This document shows positions 14,243 to 25,731 of a DNA stretch of 64,000 nucleotides, piece by piece (within the stretch, counting starts at the first letter, position 1; the number at the start of each line of letters is the position of its first letter). The position numbers were made by a program, and so were the translations under genes. This DNA comes from Raillietiella orientalis (taxonomy: Eukaryota). The stretch lies in NCBI GenBank assembly GCA_036172245.1, contig JAYWIR010000015.1, positions 2,666,001 to 2,730,000 on the forward strand, written 5' to 3'. The notes beneath the pieces were generated by a model, which was not told the origin of the DNA, ran no database searches, and saw only the letters and a program-made list of their open reading frames with translations.

Positions 14243-16199
14243 AGAAAAAAAGAAACTGAAATAGCAGAAACAGAAAGTGGTGGGCGAGGCGGTGGCTCAT
14301 GCCCATGGCAATCGTTCTGTCCAGATGAACCCATTTCAGGCATTTTCCTTGTCAGGAAAGAACGATCAGGTCACTGTCACGAGCTATGCAGCAAAACAGC
14401 AATGGCGTGTAGTTTGAGAAGCACACGAAGCCTCGGGTAAAGTGGAAGTGTGGGTAGGACGACCACTTTCGGGAATGAAATCCCGATGGGTTTCCTTTCA
14501 AACTGCGCTCCCGCTTGCTGTGCAGATGCACTTGCTGCCCGAGCTGCACGCAGTGCCTTTACTTAGCGAGCGAGTGCAATCGACACTTCCAGTGTTCCTC
14601 CTTGCTACATCCACCCTTCTCTTTCTCTCTTCGCCAGCGTCGACCGGATCACTGGTAGGATATGCTCTTTTCTGTCTGCGTTCATCCTTGCCTCCACACA
14701 CCCTGCGAGGATCCTGTGGAATGGGGGGGATGTCAGGAGCATTTGCTTGGGCCGGAAAATGGAAAATGGAAACCAGTCCTCTCCTGGACTCGGTTGGTCA
14801 CCGTGATCTGCGACTTCGTCGACTCTATGGGATAAGGGTTTGGGAAGGCTTGGGATCGCACTCTTCAAGAATATGAGCTCTTGGAATCGCAAAATTCGTA
14901 TTCACTTTGGATCAGCGAGGAAGGGAACTACTTTTTGGGGTTTCCCCCGTTTGTGTTGTTGCAATGTGTTTTTTCCCCTAGCACCTGTAGCACGTCATAG
15001 ACTTTGGGAGTTCCTCGGAATAGGTACTTGCCGGCTCCAGCAGGAACAAATAGCGTTCCTCCTCCACCTCACATCCACCTTTCTGGAACATCTGGATGAC
15101 ACAGAAGAGCTCCAGTCCCCATACTTGGAGACGTAGTAGGGATCTTTCGAGGCGTTGCGTTCCCTTGATTTCTGCAGTTCTCCCTTCTCCACAGCGAGAA
15201 GACACGGAAAAAGAGCAGCGTTGTGTCATCATATATTTATGGTGCAGATTAATCAAAAGGAACTTCAGAGAATTCGTTTTTTAAGAGCTACTCCATGAGG
15301 CGAACTAATAATAGCGCACTTCTGCCACGAAAGTTCTTGTCAGTTCGTTAGCATGTCTAGCCGACGTCTAGTATTCGGAAGAAACCGCCCACGGTTCCCC
15401 GTTGACCCTCACGCTCCTAAAGTACACGTCGCTTTAAACCTACTGGAATTTGAAATTTCCTTTTGGACTCTTTTTTTTTTTCCTTCCTGATAAGTTGCTT
15501 TCATAAGTTGCTTTTCTTCACCCGTGCATCCCACCACACCGGGTGACATCATCATCTTGCCACGTTTTCTGCAGAAGAAACGAAACGCTGCGGCATCTTA
15601 GCTCCTCGCAACGTAGGAGGAGTTGGAATCAAAAGACGCAGGCACGATTCTGAGCATAGTATTCGGAGGAGGAGCACACTTGGAATCACTTGACCATCGG
15701 AGTGTTTTTTGCTCAGCTGCATTTCCACGAGCACCTTTCGTCACGGAAGACGACAGGTTCAGTGCAAAGGAAACACCACACGCACGAATTCAGGGCCCAG
15801 CGGAGGAGTAATTTCTCCCAGAATGGAGGTGATTTCCACGAACGAAACAGTACCACAATCGAAACCAAAGCACGCGACGAGTCCACCACCTATGGCTCCT
15901 GCACATTCAACCAAGCAAGAGTAGTCACGAAGTAGGTATTGCAGCCTGTGGAGTCTGCCACCCTGAACCTATTCCATGGGTGATAGATAAACTTGGCAAC
16001 ATGCACCACCCACTTCAACTCGAAGTCTCTCAAAATTGAGCTTTGAAGAACAATAAGAAAACCTTTTGTGATAATATTATTATGAATATTAATAATAATT
16101 TCTGCTGTGCTGAAGTGCCCATTTTGTCGCGCGCTAATTAGATTCTTGAAAAAACGTGAATTTCGCATGAGGGTTCCTTCTGATGACTGCCACGGGCTT

Positions 16200-16740
16200 T
16201 TTCGGAACTTTTCTTTCTTCCCACAGCTTGGGTGCCGACGGTCCTTGCGGGAGATCGGCTGATTTGCTAAGAAGAAAACCCAACTTGGGAGAGAAGACGG
16301 GCATCCTTCAAATGAGACTGCGCTCTGGATCTATCAAGCCCCGGGCAGCACGCTGGATGGGAGATTTCGGAACTGCAGCCACATCGGATGGCGGCACTGG
16401 AAGGGCCAAGAGTCTGGTTGTGGTGGGGCCTTGGCGAGGTGACCTCCGCGGCTGCACCTCCACCGCATGCTATCAGTTCCGGGCCCTGAGGTGTCGAAAG
16501 GCAGTCGAACAGCCCAACGCAGGCACCTGCACGGACAACCACCCAAGATCAGGGGATGCAGATGCAAGGGGAATCAGCGGATATGAAATCCACAGTGGAT
16601 GGGCCTGGAAGAATTTTCAGGTTGCACGCAAACTGTTTCAAAGGTAGCATTCGAGAAGCCTGAAGTTGCTGCACTCGAGAAATGTACGTAAAGACCCAAC
16701 GGTGGATGCAGTAAAGGCGACCGTTTCAAAAAGATACCGA
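16200..16740 (-). mobile_element. Possible decayed retroelement ORF1/gag fragment
   Basis: GC-rich patch between two gene 3' ends. The minus strand at ~16425-16470 reads AC/(frameshift)WRCSRGGHLAKA, resembling a broken CX2CX4HX4C knuckle. No other diagnostic motif was seen. Confidence 0.2.
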
Positions 16741-17747
16741 AAATGAACAAAAAGTTCAGCTCGGTCAAGAAAAATTACTTTCCGTTACAGTGAAAGCAAT
16801 CCCTTCATGGTAACACCATCAGATAAAACATTTTTATTACTCCATTATTAATAGGAATTTCATATAAATACTTTTTAATAACATCAATTTAAAAAAAAAT
16901 ACATATACTTTTTTTACTTCATTTTTTTCTTGAGTTCAAACATAGTAAGCAAAATTTGTTATTCACCTAGCTTAAATTAACAACTATTCAGTTCTAAATT
17001 AGCCTACGTTATACCATACTATATCTTTTCTTTCTATAAGGATTTCACTGAGGGAAGTAGCACTGAAAGATATTCGTTAAAACACGAGTAGTTTTAAGCA
17101 TTTTAAAAAAATATTTTGTTGCACAAATGCAAAATAAACTTTTATATATTAAAATTTGGAGGTTTGGCTGGATTCTGCATCATTCGTTTCCGGAATAAAG
17201 GATTACTACTATTAAAGAATTATCTTTCTCTGATTAACAATGCATAGTGAAGGCATCAATAGTGACACATCTTAAATACAATAGTAAAAATAAATACAAT
17301 TTCTTCCAAATTTGTAGCATATAAAAGGGCAACCAATCAGATCATTCGTAAACATCCTGAAAAGAGCACGTTGGGCACGTTCGCGTATGATTTTGCGTTG
17401 ATTTCACAGAATCTGATGAGCAACTTTTAATGCTGGCTCAATATTCGATGCACGCATCGTACGAAATGTATAGATATTTATATTTTCCACAATATAAAAT
17501 TTGTTGATCTTCTGTAAAGAAACTTGTCCGCTTTGGGAAAATAAAACCATCGTCAGTACGGCATGAATGCGTCATCTGAGCCCTGATCGGGACTTTTGAA
17601 CTACATGGTCCCTTTTCCCGCCCAACCTCTATCAGAAGTTTGGGGACGTCTGCCACATTCATCTTCTGCTCCAGAAACTTGATTTTCTCTCGGTGGATGG
17701 ACGCAAATGGGCACAAAAAATAGCAATTCTTTTTGATTCTGCGGGAC

Positions 17748-20700
17748 TTAGCTGATTGGAGGGCCATTAATGCCAGGATGGAGGAAAAGGCAATCAATGC
17801 CATGTTTGCAATGACCCCGTTTAAAGTGCTGGCAAACTTTGGTGCGAATATTGTTTGCACGCATCCCTATGTATGACAACAAGGGCATATTAGTGACTGA
17901 GCACACTTGGACCAAGCACAAATCTTACCTGATCCTCCACTTATTTTACTCCAGCGGGGACCAGAACTGTGTTCCCAATTATGACTTCTTGGACCCATCA
18001 TGGGTGGGCCCATCATGCCCATTGGTGCACCCATTAAAGGCTGGTGTCCCATAAATGGGCCGACTGGAGGAAACATGTGGGGAGGGGCATACATTGTACC
18101 CCCAAAACTGGGTCCCATGAAACCCGCAGTCCCTGGTCCAGGACCCATAATGGGAATCCGAGGAGCATAGCTAGAATTCTCCACCTCTTCTGCAAACAGA
18201 GTACCATCTCCAAGACGCCACCCAGGTCCCATTTTGGAAACAGCCTGTTCATTGGGGGAAGCATCAGAGTTGCCTTGAACAACACATTCCAGCAACCCCT
18301 TGGAAGCAGGCCAAGGTACACCACGAAAATCATTAACACTGTCAGTTATTCCAGTGATATCGTCCAAGGGGATGATCTGAGGATCTTTTGAATCCTGACG
18401 TTCCGGATCTGGCTCGTGAGGTGAATCAAGCCTAGGAAATACATGTGTGCATTTTGAAACACTGGAATTCATTTACAAATGAGCTGGCATGATTGAAGGC
18501 AAAACACTATTCTGCCTTGCAAGCTGAATGTCCCTCTCTTTGCTGTTAATTCCTGGTAAAACCCTCACAGGCAAATCGATTGGAATCAGCAACTGCCACT
18601 CTTGCTGTTCTTCCATCTGGTCTTCGTTGGCTTAAGAGGCACACAGTTGGATGAAAACAGTACTCAATACTCACCAAATTTTCTTGCAATGAGAAATGCT
18701 TGACGCTCATGCAGCTTCTCCATCTGACGCATGTCACCAAATTTAAGCTTATTAACATTAACTGAAAGAGATTGATGCCATAAAAACAGAATCAGACTTA
18801 CTTCTTTCTGTCTCATCCAACTGAAAGTAAAAGTATTCCTTAAATTTAGGGTCTGGTGCCCATCTGACACTTTTCTTTTCATGTGTCAAGTGCTGGTGAA
18901 CAAGAATGCTCTTGGGAAACGTGACATCTTCAGTAAGCACTTCAGGTGATCCGGTGATTTTCTGCTTTTTAAGTGAAATGTTTGCTTCGTTTTCTGAAAC
19001 ATCATCTTCGGGGAAAACATCGAAATCCCCCCAATCCATCTGCCTCTCTTACCCTCTAACTTAAAATTATCCCTCTTATCCGGAAAATTGCTTTCATTTA
19101 TTTGGTTCTCATTATTATCTTTGACGTTGGATTGTAATTCACAATCCCTCATATCAACATCGTTCCTGTCTTCTAGTGAGCCTTCCTCATTGCACAAGAA
19201 GTCTTTGTTGTTTGTGTCAGTTTCATTTAAGGTGTCTTGATAGAACTAAACAAAGTGACCCTTAATCAGAATGCGACCAGGCGATTCGCATTTTCGCGCA
19301 ATGTTGCAACCCCCGCGGGAAAAACTCCTCGCGCATCCTTTCCCGTCTTGCATCCCGGCGAATGAAATCACTGCTTAGAACTTGGGACTGTTACATTTTG
19401 GGATCAGCATCTCGGCTCCCCCGTTTAACCCCAAACGCTTGGATACTTAGGGCGGGAGCGAAGAGCCGTTTCCGACCGGGCCGCGGGCCACCGGCGGAAA
19501 GCTCGCCGCCGCTGCCTTCGCGCGCGCGGCGGTTTCGGCTACCGTTGGTCGGACCCCATCCCACGGTGCTTACCTTGAACGCTGGCCGTTCTTCGGAACT
19601 AGTTTCTATTTCCTCGTTCAACGACGCCGGCTTCTTCCCCTCGGCTCCAGAGCTGACCGGCCTCTTCCTACGGATCCGTTTTTCCACACCAGTACCGGCC
19701 ATCAAAGCATCCATAAAACCAGAACTTTCTTCCATAACTTTATCTAGGAGATTCGTAGTATTACATTGTGCAAGTACAAGGAAAGATGTGCTCAAATACT
19801 AGAAACTCTTTACGTGCATACTTTAACATACTTTCATTTACTAATACCACAAGCCCGATTCTTATGAACTTCGAGAAATAAAAGTCAGGGCACTTTCTTA
19901 TAAATCTTTATTTAACTTACAATAAAGTAATATCTAAAATTCTTATATGCACTTTATCTGCTGTGAAAGTCAACGAGCCTTATTCGTTGTTTGCCCTACA
20001 AATAAGCTCGTGGTGTTTAAAATATGCATTACTACGAACTGCCTACTGTGACTAAACATTCAACTGGAAAGTTGGGCTGTGTAAGCATTACTCCATTTCT
20101 GTTAATCTAAGGAGGCAAAAATCTCACGGCAATAATTACTCTTTCGCTCAAAATCGTTGACGGCTGTATACCGTTAGGTAAGTTATGGCTACGAATTTGA
20201 AAAAACAGCGCTTTCTAGCGGAAATGTTGAGAACTGATCTTTGAATACCACTCGTTTTTTGAACATGTCGATATGCAAGAAATAAAACAAAACGTGGGGC
20301 TAAAATAATTTCTGATGATCGCGAAAACACTCCAGTGTATTTGAGCACATCTTCCAGAACAGGATTATATACTGTACATTAAATGTTTTACAGAGGAAGC
20401 AATAATCCTGCATATTCTTGATTCTAACTTACTTTTAGTTCGGGATAACTGAGTCTTGTTAGGTTTTGTAATAATAGATTCTTTTTTACTCTTCTCAACA
20501 AATTCCTTCTGTGCAGTGGGAATAACTACTTTCCCTAAACTACTTGCTGAAGACTTCTTCTGGGAAGGCTGCTTCTGCATTTCTTCCAAGAGACTGGCTG
20601 TACGAAACTTGCCTTGGAATGTCTTAACTGTTTTTTTGCGATTAGTTGCAAGCATGGATGAAGTATCTAGGTCTTGGAAACTATGGGACAGATGGACCAC

Positions 20701-21539
20701 CTGCTCATCCTTTTCAATAAGAGCAAGATTACTATTTGTGCTACAGTTCTCAACCACATCCACCTCAGAGATAAAGTTACCCTCCCCGACCCCTTTCTTA
20801 ATTTTCAGTGTAATTTTGGGAAGAGCATCACTCTCTCTCAACTCTCCTGAAGATCTTTCTTCAGGCTTTGGAGACCACTGTGATTTTGATACTTCAGATT
20901 TATCCTTTTCCTTATTTTTTTTCTTCACTTTCAATCGTGGTTTTTCTTCCCCTTTCACCAATTTCATCCACTTATTGACTAGTTCTCCTGACAGTGTTTG
21001 CACTTCTGAAGTTTACAACAGAATCTTTCTAGTGTCAAAAAATTAAGATAATTACCACCAGCATCTGACTCCCGAGATAGATGCTTTACTAGTTTGGGCA
21101 AAGAATTTTGTTTAAGTCGATCTAATGTAACTGGACAATGCAACAAGAGATCCAACAACTCTCTTACTAAGGGCCACACTTGTTGAGCTGACCCCTCATT
21201 CAGCCAAAGATGCACTAGACCCCAGCCACCTTCCAAGAGAAACTTATCCAACAGATTCTGTTCAGTAGCTTTTAAAATCTGAATATAGATGCACTTACTC
21301 ACTAGCTTCTTACTGAATTTACCCATAAGACTGAAAATACGCTTTAACTTCAATGAACAAAATTGATACTCTTTACTTAGCCAAACGAGCAACTTCCTCT
21401 TCAGAACGGATGCCTCCAGTTGGAGACAACAAGACACTTAGACATTTCAACAGTTGCAAGGGATCAATTCGAGGCTACAAATAGGAAAAGTTCATTATAA
21501 ATTTAACAGTACAACTACCTTTACACCAACAACCGACAT
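17748..21539 (-). CDS. PPP1R10: PP1 nuclear targeting subunit PNUTS (protein phosphatase 1 regulatory subunit 10), about 798 aa, 11 coding exons
   Basis: Exons (minus): 21539-21519, 21474-21377, 21330-21056, 21005-20433, 19743-19574, 19245-19053, 19005(or 18993)-18802, 18761-18675, 18630-18477, 18431-17929, 17866-17748. N-terminal TFIIS-N-like domain (PRIDPLQLLKCLSVLL...MGKFSKKLVSKCIYIQILK...GGWGLVHLWL), PP1-binding RVxF-type motif KSVRW, DSPHEPDPE, G/P/M-rich region, and C-terminal CCCH finger CQHFKRGHCKHGIDCLFLHPGINGPP. Joined length 2397 nt is in frame. Confidence 0.93.
19783..20353. repeat. Perfect 17-bp inverted repeat inside PNUTS intron 4
   Basis: AAGATGTGCTCAAATAC at 19783-19799 is the exact reverse complement of GTATTTGAGCACATCTT at 20337-20353. 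Confidence 0.9.
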
Positions 21540-24500
21540 GGCTGTTCTAAGGCTTAATTTTGCTTCAGATGGCTTATGTTATTCACAAATTTGCTGCGTT
21601 AATCTGCAATAGCAATAAGCTTAAATAAAAGGGAGAACAGGAATTTAAAGAATACATACTTTCATTGTATATTGAAAGAAAACATGATGCATTTCAGGTG
21701 CATGTAAGAAACACTAACAGGGAATGTAACACTTGAAAAAAAATTTAAAATCGCAAAATATAAATTTACTGTATCTAATACATATTTCCTCGTTAATAGT
21801 TCGCTCATGAAATTGGGTTCTTGGCATAACGTTCTGCCACACAAGGAAATTTCTAATCATAAACAATGATAAACTTGAAAATTACATTTCCAAATTTCAA
21901 TTTACAAATGAAAAGCACATAAATCACGTAGGGAAACAGTTTCAAAGATCACTAAAACCAAAACATAGTAATCGAAAGAAAATTTTCAGACTACATATAC
22001 ATATTTTTCACAGTACATCATGAAAATAAAACACGTGAAACTTCCCGATCCCATTTCTTTTTTCAAAATAATTATTTTAGCTTTCATTTTAAATTGCACA
22101 CTCACTTTTGAAACACCTTAAATACCATAATCACTACTTTGCAGATAAGATCTTCGATGTTAAAAATATAATAGAAATAACCAGTATCTTTTTAATAAGG
22201 AATTTCCTTATTTCTTATTATATAAAGCATGTTTTAATATGTTTGTGATGAAAAAAAATAGTAATGCTGGCATGTTCAGTATTACTTCTTGCATCCTTCG
22301 TTGAAGATTACAATCCGCATCTTGAAAAAATGGCTTCGTTTCCAGTTAAATCGAGTTCAACGAAATCGAGTACCTTAATGCGCTGTAGATACACAATTTC
22401 CCATGAGAAATTTTCTTTCACATTGAATTTTAGCTTTCCAATAAATGCTAAATTGCGAATTACAGTGACAATGATTTTATTTGAGCATTCAAAGGACTCA
22501 GGTTTATATCAAATGAAACCTAAATACATTATGTTTCTTACAAAAAAACCATATGTAGAAAATTTATCTAGCTAAGCAGTTATACGCTCAAATAGCCACA
22601 CAAACTTAATGGTTAATGTATTGAATTAAAATTCCATCACATTTCATCAACTCTCGAAATTTATTTTCAACCTGTGGCAAAAAATAGTTATTTGCATTCC
22701 TCCTTACTTAAATTGTAGTTATTGGATTTCTTATCTCCTTCGTAACAGGAAATAACAAGAAATCTTTCAACATTTGCCTCTGTAATACACATTAACACAG
22801 AAGGTATATTATATAATTACTTCACTGATAACTTTGCTTCAAAATTCATTTGTCTATGACATTTCTTATGGGATTCATTGCAGCACAAAAACTAAAAGTT
22901 GATCCTGAGGAGAAGGAAATGTACTTTTTCAATTATTCAAATTAAATATATAAGATTCATGTAAGAAACTTTTAGTGAAGGGATTCCTTTGAAGGGATTA
23001 TTTTGATTCTTTTTAAAGAGGCATTTGTCTTATAATAGACATATATTTCAATGTGTGGTCCATAATATTTCTTAATCCTTTTTTAGTTTGAAACACCAAT
23101 TGTTCTGTGCCTTTTACTGGTACAATTTACTGTATACTTGATAATCTTCAAATATAATCCCTTTCTTGATAAAGAGCAATTTCACAAAAAATCGCAGTCT
23201 ATGAATTCATGTTCAGTGAAATCGAGAACCAAAGTTCAAAGCCAAATGATTAATTATGTTCTTGAAGAATAATTTGAGTTTAATTTATGTGAGAAAATAC
23301 ATCCCTGATTTTGCTTGTCCCTTTATATACACGAAACCACCATTCTGAATTTAAATGACACACCACGAATACAGAGGCGACTATATGAAAGAAACAACCG
23401 TAATGGAATAGTTCTTGATAGTTTAAAAGCATCTTCTGAATATTCGTTATTTGGTTGCTTATTCACCATCCAGAAATGCATCGCAATGAAAATAAGTTGC
23501 CTATTACATTATTTGAAATGAACCATGGGAACTTGAGGCATTCTTCTAAACATTCATTAAAATATTTCATGGTAACTTGATTTTATTTTGCTGTCCTTTT
23601 GTATGGTCACAAATCATTTAATTTCATTGTGTTTTGTACTACTGAGCGCGAATTCAGTATCTTTCGTGAAAGATTAAGCGACATTTAACGATGAGATTAT
23701 TTTTTGTAATCACGATTTTTATATAAGATTTACATCTCTCTGATTCCTTCCTTAACTACAGAGATCGTTTTGTTAGGCTTTTCCACAGTTTAAGCATATT
23801 GTCAAAACATTCACAGAATTCAAGACTAAATTGTCAACGAATTCTTCTCTGCGACCTCGCACAGTTAGTCATCCCCTCCGAGAGCCCTATCTTTTTATAA
23901 GCATCCGACTAGCAATGTTAATATCGCCGAATAAAGTTTCGAATCACTTTCGAATGCTTCATAAAGCTGTACGGCTTACCTCTTGACAGAAAACCCATTA
24001 TATCTTTTCATTATCTTTGAACACATGCAAGATTTTCGAAGTATTTAATGCCCAGTGGGTTCTGTAATTCAATGAATGGAAATATTATCTTGTAAGTTAC
24101 TTCCAATGTTTAGATATTATGCTAGTAGAGAAATCTTTTTATCCCATTAATATTTAAATTTTTACAATTCTTTGCATCGGAAGAATTTTTGGACATCAAT
24201 ATCTTTTATTATTAAAATAGCTTCAATTATTTATCTATCTGGAAAGTTCTTTCTTTCTTCTTCCTCAATCATGCCATTCTTTCCTGTCTCCATAGACCAT
24301 GGAAAACTCCATATATGCTCATTTCTGGCTAATGGATGTTTTCAAACATAACCGACAGAGCAGTAGTTGATGCAGCACGTTTCAAGTAAACCAAGTTGCC
24401 AAATTGGCGTTTGATGTATCAATTAGTTTTTGAATAAATGAATCAGTCTTGTAATTTTTCGTAAACTTTACAGTCTGTCTAAATTGCTTTACTGAAATGA

Positions 24501-25731
24501 CTGTTAATGAACAGCATCTCATCAAGTAAAATGTCATGAGATTCTATTTCCAATTTGAATTTTGTGGATGACTTAAAAAGCCATCCTTTGCCAGCTTACA
24601 ATTTCTATTAATACTTTCATGGTATATATTGTTTCCAAAAAGTACTTTAAACGATTTACAAATAGAGTCCTCCTTTTACAAATTCAAAGGTTTGAAGAAA
24701 AAAAAACTACAAACCTTCGAATATGGAAAGCTTCATTTGTTTCAAAAACGCAACTGATTCTGGAAATAATAATGCCTGCCATTTTGGATTCATTCCTTCT
24801 TTTGAGAATTCAAAGCCTTTAAGTAATCTTGGTCTTTCTTAAACAAATTGACATATCTTCTCATTGCCTGCGTGTTTTGAACTTTTTTTGTTCTGTGATT
24901 AATAATACTTTGATCTTGTGGAGTTTTTTATTATTATTTAAACCATTTTCTATAATTTAGTTTTGCTACTAAATATTCACATTCAGAAGTACCATTCACG
25001 TAAGGAATTTTTGTTCCAAATATTGACTACTCTTTCCTGAATTACATAAATGTATCGTTTTCAAATTAACTATTTGGTGATTACGAGAGTTCACTTTTCA
25101 ACTTGGAATTTTTCATTCCATAAATTTCTGTGTATGTTCCTCACAACTCAAAAATACATCCTTATACATCCGCTAATCGCAAGTTTTGGAACTCTAGCAC
25201 CTTTTCAGTTAGTGAAACGTTGACTTTCGATGTTATTAGTTTTTTTTTTCATCAAAATCCATTGACATCGCTTAATAGTTCTCTAATAGTGCTACCTGAG
25301 ACATCGGTTTGAAATTTTAAATCTTTATGAAAGATGTAAAATATATTACATATAATATTTTGTTTACATGCTAGCATGTTTATAATCAGGTTTTGTATCA
25401 GGATTTCTTGAATACCATTTGATACTGTAAAAAATTTTTAGGTCTAAGAAATTTCTTCTAGCATATGAATGTTTCTGGAATATTGAATGATCATTCTACT
25501 CTATTTGACTTTATTCTATTAATCATTCTATTCTATTGAGTTCCCTATTGATTTTAAATTATGTATTAATTATTAGTTTTTCTTTGTCGATTATCTCACG
25601 AAAGAAAACTGATAATATTGAGTTATTGTCAAAACGTTGAGTTGAGATTCGAGGACTTAGCATCCCTGCAGAGTTTCATTTCCGTGCTGGTTGTTCCGAG
25701 TTGTAGTTGCACGTTCTCCTATTTGAATATT

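Noticed and set aside
19246..19573. Intron-embedded RNase P or MRP RNA, as known in insects and crustaceans
   Set aside because: Size and GC content fit, but I could not find the conserved CR-I and CR-V (P4) motifs on either strand.
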